Shown here: one piece after another, positions 52,501 through 64,000 of the stretch
Layout: each line of letters begins with the position of its first letter
Position numbering within the stretch: position 1 is the stretch's first letter
NCBI GenBank assembly: GCA_036785375.1
Contig: JAWMAR010000023.1
Span: 4,030,001 to 4,094,000 of the forward strand
Source: Leucoraja ocellata
Lineage: Eukaryota
Length of the DNA: 64,000 bases
Direction: 5' to 3'
The notes under the pieces: generated by a model
Told to the model about the DNA's origin: nothing
The model's input: only the letters and a program-made list of their open reading frames with translations
The model's database searches: none
Program-made: the position numbers and the translations under genes

Positions 52501-54361
52501 TGACCCACACATATCAATGTAGCACCTGAGGGGGTAATGAATACTTGGCTGGCTCTATACACTGCATGCTGTTTGTGTAGTGTAGGTCACCCCACCAAAG
52601 TCCATCAATGCAGAATACACTGATTGAGATGAAGATGTGATAAATCCACTTACTGTACATTGCACATAATTACTTAACTTGGGAGTGACCTATCTCCGTG
52701 GAGTCTGGAGGCATGGAGATGACATGCTCTCTGACGGTGTAACTCAGTGTCTCTCTGAGGCATTCAATCCTGGTGCGGCTCAGCTTTCACGCGGGCTTCA
52801 GATTTCCAAACAAAACCACATTTAAGTCTACCCAGACTCTGGTATGCGATGGTCCTTCCTGGTTAGCATGGGATCAAGGGAGAAACCAGTTGGCTTTGCT
52901 GCTCTCAATCAGGATCCAGTCAACCCAGCTGGAAAAGTGTGCATATATGTTTCCATCGGGTCTGTTCTTAGCTGTGATGTCCCCAGCAGGCAACCAGCCC
53001 ACCAACTCCCACTAACGAATAACGGATCTGACGCGAGAGATTGCACAAGGTATTCTGCAAGGAACTCTTTTGATTAGTGACTATTATTCCAACAGCAGAG
53101 ACTTGTCAGTTCACGTTTGCCCCTCCAGATCAGTGAGGACAATACCTATATTTGAGAACGGGGCCTTTTGCAAGTAATTATTCACCTTTCTTTGCAGTGC
53201 ATACCCTACCTAGTAGGCTGAATCTGGTGCAGATTTGCCAGGTGACTTCCAGCTGACTGGGACATTCAGCCCAGCTTGCTACCTGATCTAACAGTGATGA
53301 GTATCTCCAAAACAGTAAGGCTCCGGGACTTCAGAAACTGTTAAAACTTCTGATTTCCTTCACAGTTTACAACCAAAAGTGGGCTGAAAGATACGCAAAA
53401 CATTGGTTGGTTTGAAACACACATGCACGCACACACGCACACACACCAAATATCCACAAGGTTTAACCAATATACAGAAAATAAAATAATATAGCTTCAA
53501 GCTGTTCTCTTTGTTTGGCCCCAAGAAGTTACCATTGGTCCTTAAGAGAGTTTTTAAGACCGTAGTACTTCTGGTATGGAGGGTTCTAGTCAGAAAAGGA
53601 GAGAACGGGCAAGGAAAATATATCAGATTTCAGGCACCTTGCCCAGTTAACTGAACGAGCAGATTATATGTAGCCACAGGCCACTTCCATTTGGCAAATT
53701 GCACATTGCTTGCATCCAACATCTGGAGACAGGGCTCATCTCCAACTCTTCTTCCTCCTCCTTCCTACCCTTGCATTGTGTTCAATCCTAGCATGGATCA
53801 ACAGCAGGATTTGATGAAAGCAAGGAAGAAGTTCGAAGAGAGGAAGTCCCAGGCCTAGTATTGGACCACTCCCTATCACTGCAGGGTGGCCGTGATCACA
53901 CCCACTAGAACGTGCAAAACCCGTGACCCCCTGGCTCAGGGTCCACATAAGCTGTGCATCACCTTTCCTTTCAGACTAACACTCCCCTCAATGCACTGAC
54001 CTGCTTTTTTTCTTCACTCTTTGATATCTCTACATACATTTGCTTAATCCCGACAAAAAAAGCCCCTTTTTTTTGTGTTGCAAACCTTGACACAAGTTTA
54101 CAGTACTACGCACCAGGCTGGTAAAGAGGTTATTTCATTCTACAAGTTAGTTTTCAAGTTCTTAAAACAATAAGTTGCAAGTTCTATGGCGCCTTGTTTC
54201 GTTTTCTTTAAAAAAAGTTCCATAAAAGTGCCGATGTGGTCGAGAGAAAAAAAGTTTCTAGAGCCTTGTTGCGATGAGAGTGTTGCGAATCTTCCCAAAT
54301 CTCTAGTGATCTTTGTAAATGTCTCTGATATAAACATAAAGAAAACAGTCAGGAAGCAATG
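49570..54361 (-). other. Probable long camta1 3'UTR
   Basis: Several kb with no recognisable transposon, U-rich on minus, with Pumilio-like TGTANATA motifs (e.g. near 50240-50257) and an AATAAA cluster at ~49570. The true 3' end is uncertain. Confidence 0.5.
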
Positions 54362-54425
54362 TTACATTGCTATGGGGTGCTTCTGTGAATCTTCAGGTTC
54401 CTTGGCCTTTCTCAATTCTTTCACT
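54362..54425 (-). CDS. camta1: Calmodulin-binding transcription activator 1, last coding exon (rest of gene lies beyond the window)
   Basis: Acceptor cctctctaccttcag at 54426. One frame gives SERIEKGQGT* (stop 54393-54395), which I recognise as the human CAMTA1 C-terminus. The other gives (R)VKELRKAKEPEDSQKHPIAM* (stop 54362-54364), resembling the alternative CAMTA1 ending. Confidence 0.88.
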
Positions 54426-54879
54426 CTGAAGGTAGAGAGGGGAACAAAAAGAATAACATTATGTTACCGATATTAGACCCAATTTATAAACCAAGGACAT
54501 GTCAACAAAGGAATAACCAGTAACATTGTTGGTTAATAGGTAACAGAATGTCGGGAAAAGACTTCAACCATAGAATGATATCGCACAGAAAGAGGCTACT
54601 CAAGTCTTTTATATTTACAAGACAACAACTCTGTTTTAAAAATTAGTGCAAATTACATGGTTATCATTGTCATGGCAGGGAGTGATGCGATCAGTTATAC
54701 TTTAACCTATGTGACCCTGGTCTCAAATCCCAAGACTGGTACAATTAGATCTGCAATCGTACAGGCAGCAGGATAATATCCCAAGATTACTAATCGGTCA
54801 AGAATAAGATCAAATTGATCATCACCATGAATTTGACTTCACTTAAAAAAAAACTGGAAGCAGAAGTAATTATGAAAGC

Positions 54880-55082
54880 TTCATAAGTTCTAGGAGAAGA
54901 ATAAGGCCATTCGGCCCATCATGTCTACTCTACCATTCAATCATGGCTGATCTATCTTTTCCTCTCAACCCCATTCTCCTGCCATCACCTCATAACCCTT
55001 GACACCCGTACTAATCAAGAATCTGTCAATCTCCGCCTTAAAAATGTACGTTGACTTGGCCTCCACAGTCGTCTGTGGCAAT
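54880..55082 (-). mobile_element. CR1-like 3' tail
   Basis: AGGCCATTCGGCCCATC...CATTCAATCATGGCTGATCT motif, also at ~7920, ~11400 and ~13020. Confidence 0.8.
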
Positions 55083-57199
55083 TGTTGTAAAAATAAATCT
55101 TCTGGGGATCGTTAGGGAAGTAAAGCTGGCCCACATGTGAGCTGAGCTGAGATCCAGCCCACAGTGGGGGAATGGACCCTGGTGCCTGCAGGAAATAAAA
55201 ACAAACTTCCGAGATGCCATTGCAGGTAAAACTCGGAGGGGGGGGGGAGGGGGGGGGGGGGTGGGGACATAAATAAGTTATTTGTATGTTTTTTAAAAGA
55301 TTCATTCATAGCATACTGGAGGCAAAACAAACAGAGTTGCTTTAAGACTCTGTACCATCCAATCCTGTAATTTGAAGGCTGTTTGCCACTGAACAGCTGT
55401 GGGAAGGCGTACACCACAACAATTTATAAGCCTGGCGAGCGATGGCTGGAACGGGGTGGAATTGATTTTTCTGCAACCCTCATTCCTAATGGACTTAGAC
55501 CTGTGGCAAAAAAAAAATCTTGCTCATAAATTGGCAATGTCACGGGCATTAGATCGTGGGAAATTAGCGCTGAATATAATGACTTACTCATGTAGAAATA
55601 TGAATTCTTCTGAAAAACAGAGGGGGCTAAATCGGCTGGTCCTCAAAAAACCTGCATGGTGATCTTTTGTAGTCTGCTGTTTGTGTTGTCTGATAATTAT
55701 AACAAATTCAGTCTGCAGCCCAGATGGGAGTTATCCTTTCCATTGGTGTGTTTCTAAGCAGGGATCCAATTTTGTGAGTGGCTAGCACCAATTAAGACAA
55801 GGCAATGCTATTTTAAGTCAACTTGTGCCTCTTGAAGGGAAGGCATTCTGAGGCAGGAGCTGGTGTGTATTCTGCAGCAGACCTGGGAAACATTTAAGAG
55901 TGGCATGGCAATGAAGGGAGCATACTCTGGGGCTCTCCTGTGTTATAATGAAGGCCTGGGTCCAGGAGGGGAGGGAGGGGCTTGCAATAAAGGGTGGGTT
56001 GAGGGAGTGGGTGCTCCCCTAGCCTCACACAGAAGGCAACAAGTACACATTGAGGTGGAAGTCAATGCCAGGATTCAAGCATTGAGAACTTGAATCCTGT
56101 CGTTAGAAGCTTGATGCTGCCTCACATCAACAATCAAAGTCTGAATGCATCTTAAAATGCCATCAAAAGCACCAGCAGTGGCACACAGTTCTCAGTGCAC
56201 CACATCCTTATCACTCACTCATCAGCAACTTTGCACGATCAAACCTGGAGCCTATTATTCATAATCTGTACCACATTCTCCCACACTTGGTGCAACATCA
56301 CACAAACACTTCTCATAGCTTGCACACACAGCAGGTTATGTACGTGTAGCTGCACTATCCAAATAGATCACATTGTGTTGAGGCACATTCCTCTCTATCA
56401 CAGGACAAGGCAGTGCACAGTCAGGGCAACAGCTAACCAGCAGAGGTAAAGTGCCGTTCCATCATCTTGTTGCCACACAGAAGCCTGTTGGACATCACTT
56501 GTGTGAGTTACTGAGTCTGGGGACGATGAGGGATATGGGGAGGGAAGACCGTGGAGGAAGATGGTGACCTCATTCTCAATCTTCCAATTCATTGCATCCC
56601 ACAATCAAACATAGTCTTTCTCTCCCTTTCCTTCCCACCCTCTTTCACTTGTAACATTGTCCATTCTGACAGCCAAAAGGTGCATGGAGAGTAAGAATCG
56701 AGTGTTGGTCAAGGCACAATTGTGGGTAGTTTGGCATTCACAACCAATAGCTCAGTGCACTGCAATGCAGGGAACTTGGGGATGAAAGTGGAGGCAGAGG
56801 GTACGTACGCTGAGCACTGGACTTGCAGCAAAGGCTAAGCAGAAGGGGAATGAGGTTCTGCAAGAGCTCAATTGCAGATGCCATAGATGGGGCATTTGGA
56901 TGGGGCTTGTACAGCTGCTGTGGTCAGATGATATGGACAATGAATGCAATGACAGGTTTGTGAGAAACCCATGCGGAATCAGCAGGGGCTTTGCATGCAG
57001 CAATGCAGCAGCAACTGGCAGCACCTCAAAGCAACTCTAGTGCAGGCAAATGTGAGCGGAGCAACTGAACAAAGGCAATACAGACAAGTCGGCAATTTGC
57101 CAGATTTTGATTTCTAAGTTAGGAATTTTTATTTTATAATTCCCTTTGTTTAAGAAATGTCGCAAGCAGAGGCTATGAGGCAAGGTATGACATGGCTTG

Positions 57200-57930
57200 T
57201 TGGTGAATGGAAAATTAAGCTGGTATTTATTGGTAACGTGGGCTGGTGGCACATAGGCCAGGCAGAAATGGGCTGGTGTTCTTGTGTGGACCTATCTGCT
57301 GCCCAATGTACAGGTTCACCACTATTCTGTCAAGGCTCTGGAGCATGCAGGAAATGACCATGAATCTCGAGTCAACAGGATGCCTTACCACGTTTCTTGT
57401 GACATGGCATCCATTCAATGTGCATTGCCCTACCTTTGAATGGATTGTGCATTGATATTCCTTGTCATAAAGTAGTTACCCTCTGGTTTGCTATGGAGAC
57501 TCAGAAACATGTCATTTCTGGACAGCATCAGGATGAATACCTTTTGACTGCTGCCAGGAGGTCATAATGTGCCGTGCTTCGTTGCAAAGTAACTGCAAAC
57601 GAGGGGCTGGAATCCCTTTGGGTTTGTGCCGTTGACACCTTCAAGACAACGTGCACATTGTCAGTGGCACTCTGTGTCATGGGGAAGCTGCAAATCTCCC
57701 AAAGCTGTTAGTTTGCTCTTACTGTTGGCGTCTGCCCAGAGGGAATGAAATGCACTCAACCTTTCTGGATTAGAGCGTATATCAGTGACCTACCTCTCCC
57801 TTGTGCAGCAATGGTCAGCAGGCTGAGAGGTGTTGCAAATGTTTCTTGCCTTAGCCTTAAAGGAATCACGCCCCTAACATTTCATAGCCACAATGACCTA
57901 GACAGCAACTGGCAATGTGGTCCTCAGCAT
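57200..57930 (-). mobile_element. Highly decayed PIF/Harbinger transposase relic
   Basis: Ordered motif remnants on minus: FPMTQSATDNVHV (cf. GFP..GAID.THV), NPKGF (cf. NRKGF), PGSSQKVFIL (cf. PGS.HDAFIL), CHVTRNVV (cf. H..TR..VE). Confidence 0.6.
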
Positions 57931-58204
57931 ACTTTGCTAGTGGGGTGGTGATATTTTTACTGAGCTGATCCTTAATGAAACACCAGTTTCCCACACACTG
58001 GCCATCCATGAGATTGAGCAAGCAGAACTGTACTCAGGGTTAATCTTTGCACAAGAGCTCTTATCCCTTCCTTCTCCCCCCCCTCTTCTGACAGCTCTCC
58101 CCCCCCCCCCCCCCCCCCCCTTCTGAACCCTCTGCCTGTTCTCCGAGTTACGCTGCATTCCAAAATATGTACCAACTATGCTAAAAGTCAAGATACAGTT
58201 GTTC

Positions 58205-58430
58205 AGCAAAGATGGACACAAAGTGCTGGGGTAACTCAGCAGGTCAGGCAGCATCTCTGAAGAAAAAGGATGGGTGATGTTTCGGGTCAGGACTCCGGGT
58301 TTGAAGAAGGGTCCCGACCCGAAACGCCACCCATCCTTTTTCTCCAGAGACGCTGCCTGACCCGCTGAGTTACTCCAGCACTTTGTGTCTATCTTTGTTA
58401 TAAACAAGCATTTGCTGTTCTTTGTTTCTG
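58205..58430. mobile_element. Penelope-derived palindromic element in camta1 last intron
   Basis: Arms GATGGACACAAAGTGCTGG... / ...CCAGCACTTTGTGTCTATC around TGAAGAAGGGTCCCGACCCGAAAC. Confidence 0.75.
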
Positions 58431-61321
58431 CAGTTTTTCGGCGTCTGGCAGAAAACCCCTTGTGGACTTCAAGAATTTTAAAGCACCGTGGAGACCACTA
58501 AAGCTTGGTGGAACTGTACAAGCCAACAAACATCATTAGTGACTGATCTCAAACTAGTTGATAACCTCTTCTGGTTGTATGTTCTGCTGTGTGAGTTAGA
58601 ATATAGGGGGGTAGCTTGAACATCAAACTCATCTTGCAGCAATGGTGGTAAATCACCCATGCGTGCTACTGTGATACTTCTAATGGGCATTAGCTTCACA
58701 GGCAGTAACATCGTTCACAACATGACACCTAATTTGACCTGCATGACAAATGTTTACCTCCATTGTGGAAGCAATTTAACAATCTTGGGATTCAAGTACC
58801 ATATAATGTGGTCACAGTGTTAGCTCAGAATAGAGACACCTTTATCCTACAGTCAACTGTGCAATAGACAAGTTTTGAATGCGAGATGTCTAAAGAATCT
58901 CAGTCACAACACTGTGGTGAGCAGAAACTCTGTTAAATAGGCATTGCAACAGGTGCCCTGGGGTAGGTCTTGGTTTTTAGCATTGGGCTCTGGAGAGTAA
59001 CAGATCACTCCATCAACTTGAACAAAACATTTCGCAGAAAACTCTGAAATAATTAATTTGGCTTGGATTTCTCTGGCAGTTTTCACTGAACTAATCAACA
59101 AACAATTCACAGCAAACATTCCTGATTAGCTTTGCAGCCTAAACATCTGTGATTAATTCAGATCCCAAACTCAGACAAATTCAATGATTTTCAAATTAGT
59201 TGAGATTAAAATGAAATCAATTTTGCACGTTGGGCTGCGACGTGTACTTCATGTTAAAGGCTCGGCGACTGGAATAGATGTCGCCGAGCCTTTAACAAGA
59301 AGGTTTGTATTTATTTATAGATTGGGACCGCAGGCCCACAAGCCCAGCAACTTCTCACTGGCTTTCCAAATGTCCATTCTTCATGAAAACGGCATGAGCA
59401 AGAAGGTTATTCTACTGCAGATGGCATCCAAGTCCAGGTCGATCCAACATTCCTGCATCCATGCACGCGTAATGAGTTGATGGAATGGCATTTGGTGTCA
59501 GAGATAGAATTGTTGATGGATTTCCCCCCCAATCCCATCAGCCTTCTAACCCTCTGAGAACACTTCAGGGTGACACATTGGGCCTTAGCTGTCCCTGGTG
59601 AAAGGGTGGGCGAGCTGTTTTTTTACTCCTTTTACTGGCTTTCCCATTCAATGGGATCAACGATGACCTGCACCTTAATCCAATCATCTGTGCTGACTTT
59701 TTATTACGTAAAGAACAGAGTCATACATTCCTTTACATCATCCTCACAAAACTGACAGTCACAGTTCAATCTCTCCTCTAAGACACATCATCCAATACAT
59801 TATAACACACCTACAGCAATATATTGGAATGACAATCCTGATTAGGGTATTCAATAGGAGGATCCGAATCACAACCTTACGATGCAGATGTCAGATTGCT
59901 TTCAGTATCATCTCTACAGGTTAAACAAGATCCAAGGGCAGGAGGTTAAATACTTCAAACAAGTGCAAAGTTCAGCATGTTTCCAAGCACTCTGTGAACA
60001 AACTATCTTCTAATTGGGGGTGAGATAAAATTATTTTTTTTTGTCAATTGTGAGATAAATCCTGTGAATTATCCCCTTCACTGCCACAATTAGAGAAGCT
60101 CCGCGATTGTCAACAGGCAGTTTGATTTCCTTATCCGTTATTTTCGACTGAGAGAGGATTGTCGGGGATTCCCTGTGCCAGATGTCAATAGAAATCCTGG
60201 AGAAAGGCACAAGTGCCAATGTTTTGGTGCCATTACTAACGGCATTGTGCCGGACTTTCTGAACAAGGGACCGATAAACCCACAGCAAATTTAACGCATA
60301 TCCTTTTTAAAATTTGCTTTAAATCAAATCCATTGCGAATTACTGATGTTTTGTGTCTCATCATCCCTTAAATTCAAATCAACACTCATCAAACCGATCT
60401 CCAACATTCAACGCTACCAATCTTTATCTTTCCTCAGTCTTCCCCCTGCTCTCTCAACCAAAAGACTTTTATACCCCTGGGCAATCCTTAAATGCTGATG
60501 CATCTACTGCTCCATCTGTTCCTACAAGGTGTGATGGTGCCCATAGTTTGTTAGCATTGGCTCTTCAACTCTAGAACTGGCCAGGCAAACATTGGGAAAG
60601 GGATATCACTGCTAATTGCAGATAACAATCCAATCTAATTTTAGTTGTGCTGATGAAAGGGGTGAAAGATGATGCCGACAGCACGAGAAGGCTGCGATTT
60701 TCCCTTTTGGTTGCTTTTGTACGAATCGGTACGGTGAGGGATGAGCACTGGCGATTAGGACAAATATGACATTTTTAAACATTCAATGGAGTGAAGAGTA
60801 TCATTGTGAACCAAGTCAGGCACACAAAAGCATCTGTGTTGCTGGTGATTTGTTCCATTAACAGCTCTCGCTGCAAAACTTACTGTTACTCACTGTTTGC
60901 TTAAACGCACTAGGTCTAAAAATAGACAATATTTCATTCAGAAAGATATTAGACAACATATTTCACATAATACAACTCCCCGCCTCCCCCTCCGACACGC
61001 ACACCAGATAAACTAAAAATGACTAAGCTTGATCATTCGAGTCTTCTTATCACTGTTCTTTCCTGATTGGATGCTCCCTGTCCTACGTGGCTATTCCTAA
61101 TACAGGACTATTAACAGATTCTTCAATATCAGGGACGTTGGATCCCAATCCTGTCTTTGCCCAATGTTTGTCCATGGCCAGTCTTCATTAATTGCCGGTG
61201 GGTGCTCCTCCAGAGGTTATGGCAGGAAGGCATTGGAAGGGATCATTTAAATTAAAGAAAGGATCAATGCTGGACTTGTTGGCAGCAACACAAGGGGCAA
61301 ATATGTGCTTACTGGGATCAG

Positions 61322-61555
61322 ACGGTGACACAGTGGTAGAGTTGCTGTCTTACAGCGCCAGAGAACATGGTTCAACCCTGACTGCAGGAGCTGTCAGTCC
61401 GGAGTTTGTATATTTTCCCCGTGACCTGCGTGGGTTTTCTCCAGGTACTTTGGATTCCACCACACACTCCAAAGGCGTACTGGATTGTAGGCTAATTGGG
61501 TTGGTAAAATTGTAAATTGTCCCTAGTGTGTGTGTAGGATAGTGTTAGCATGCGG
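61322..61555 (+). mobile_element. HE1/V-SINE-like SINE
   Basis: Diverged head and body. Confidence 0.8.
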
Positions 61556-64000
61556 TAAATTACTCACTTCGCCTGAAGGCAATGTGGCTAAACGTTTGCA
61601 ATTTAATTGCTTTTGAATAGCCAACAAATTAAGCTGCTTCTTAAATACAGCTCCGCTGGATCGTGAGAATGTTGATGTTTAAGCTGAGAATGGTGGGATA
61701 TGCCAGTACTACATAAGTTGGTAACTTGGGTTAAGTACAATATGGTGCAAGTCACTGAAGAACTGTGTCCTATCATGCTCAACACTTCCAGGAATGGGGG
61801 GAATTGTAACGTATGGCAACTAGTTTATGTGCACACATTGCACTGACTGCATTAGTTAGGACAACCAAGGATTCAGGATAAATAGATGGGAAGAATGCAG
61901 GTGGACCAGAGCGTTGACAAAGCTGAACGACTCCTGAGCTGAGTTGCCTTTTCTTACTGCCACGTTCCTAGAAATTATTTAATGAAATTAGTCGGCACTG
62001 TGCAGGCGTTAGATAAATCTCTGATTGTTTTGCTCATTATTTCAATAATGACATAAAAGGATGCACATCTTTATAAGCAGAGTAGTATTGAGTGTAAATA
62101 GCATGCAGCTGCTCTGTAACACATACCTTTGCCAGACTTACAGTATGTCACATGTAATCAGCCTCTATTTCTCTATATCTCAGAGCAATTCCACAGGCCT
62201 AAATATGAAACATTATCTTAACAAGTGCATGACTTAGATAGCATTTCTGCTCTGTAGACCGTAGGTTTTCAAACTGGAGCGCTCCCACATGAAGAGATCG
62301 ACAATGTGACAATGTTGTGTCTCTACTGTCAGAGGATCTCTCTCAGTTTCTGGATTTATTAATTTAATTAATCACAAGTACAAAAATAATCTTTTTGGAA
62401 CAAAAAAACATTGTTCAGTTGGATGTGGGTCAAGGCTTTTGAAAGAATCCTGCATAGCAACGTATTAGTGCAGGGGTCTGGAAGTGTGGAAATAGTTCTT
62501 CCCCAGTTGCTTCTCTTAGTAAATAGTTGCTTCCCAGGGAAGCAGCCAGTTTTTTTGTCAGTATTTAAGAAATGCTTCGGTCTTTACAGAAGATCCTTCA
62601 GCTTGTCAATAATACAGGGATGCCTGAAGGACACATCGTTATTGTGATGCGGTCCTCCGAGGCGGTGACTATCCCCGGGACTGAAACAGCGAGGAACTCC
62701 AGAGTTACGTTTGAAAACCGCTGGTCTGCACAGACGAGGCTCACTCTTGGACCGAGCCAGTCCACAACATACATGTTACAGGAATAAAGATGTCTTAGAA
62801 TAATACAACCGGAAATGTATCGGTTTGCAGCATCAACCAAATAAGTACAAGCAGAGTGACAGAATGACAGTACAGTTTTGAGATGGAAAGTTGTAATAGA
62901 TTATTACCTCCCTCCGCGTATGTAAGGGTTCAGCTCTAAGACTCCAGCAAATGTGGTTTTCTTTTCTCCCAGTGCGCTGTGGATAGCCATAGTAAAGTGT
63001 TTTAGAGGAACCCGTTGTTTTGGTTTGATTGTTTTTTTTTTGTGTCCGATGTCATATTGGGTATTGATAAAGTTAACCACGTGCAGGACAATTTGCCTTT
63101 CTACATTCTTCCAGAAATGCTGAATTACTTGCATTTACTCATGCTTGGTCTCACATTAGGCTGAGACTGGACACAAAGAATTGACACTCGGATGGAGTTA
63201 GTTCCTCATGAGCTCCTCATGGAAACTGAGCTGACTGGGATCAACGATGCAAGGATCACCTTTGGTTGATGTGAACAATCTACAGTGCTTCACAGCGCTG
63301 AATCCGTGTGGGATCTATATTTTCCCAACTCATTCTGGGAATGAAAGCCCCTCGTTATATCTATAATTGCCGAAATTGAGCCAATAATAATGTGCTTGGA
63401 TGGATCTCTTTGCCTCCTGTCTTATCAAAGGCACAAACGCATTGGATTAAAATAGTGGCAGGGATATTTCTGAAGAGTTTGTTACTTTGGTATAATACTT
63501 CATTTGTCACATGTACCGAGGTACAGTGAAACTAATTTTTGCATTCAGATCAGTACAAGAATCAACAAAAGTACCAACATCACATCAGGCTAACAACATT
63601 TATATATGTGTCTTTTGTCATTTAAATAGAGATTAAATCCGAAATTTGAAAAATGTCTGCATTATTTTCATTTGTGTCATAACATCTAAGGAAAGAATCG
63701 GACTTTCAGCTCACCAATCTGGAAAAATAAAACCACAGTCCTTTGCAATAATTATTTGTTTTAACACCATCCAGAACATAGGGTGTTGTTAGATTCAAAG
63801 GTTTGTTTTCCTGACTATGAATCATTTTTTTTAAAGGAAGTTTTCTTTGGATTTCCATGTGGGTGGCACTTGTGAATGAACAAGTCAGAGTGCAGCAAAG
63901 GAGTGGACAGGACTACTGAAGCTTAATGCAATGTAAATAGTTCATGGTCAGCTAGCCTCAACACCGACAGCCCACCAGTCACGGAAATCCCTTCCAAATT

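Noticed and set aside
60670-60730. Minus-strand QKQPKGKIAAFSCCRH as a possible camta1 penultimate exon
   Set aside because: Only superficial similarity to ARKIMRFLRRCRH and no splice donor after it.

Overview
Vertebrate genomic DNA, most likely a cartilaginous fish (skate/ray-type), inferred from HE1/V-SINE-like, CR1/HER1-like and Penelope-like repeats. Three protein genes lie on the minus strand: a complete 4-exon hes3-like bHLH-Orange-WRPW gene (18746->16462, 235 aa), a complete 5-exon vamp3 (37385->25731, 107 aa) and the last coding exon plus a probable long 3'UTR of camta1 (54425 downward). The most unusual part is 1-22 kb, which has a mirror layout B-> A-> decayed hes-like pseudogene-> <-hes3 <-A <-B. 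Non-coding islands A (~350 bp) and B (~700 bp) are nearly identical between the arms, while the genes and spacers are not, and a third A copy sits at 2 kb. Also seen: a 78-bp-stem fold-back in the predicted hes3 3'UTR, hammerhead-ribozyme-like cores in Penelope-derived palindromes, a 34-bp TIR-only micro-element with an 8-bp target duplication, a dual-frame camta1 last exon, and no per gene between vamp3 and the hes gene. A 200-N gap at 12558-12757 is flanked by a ~1.4 kb duplication that is probably an assembly artefact. All identifications were made by eye and from memory; no database search was run.
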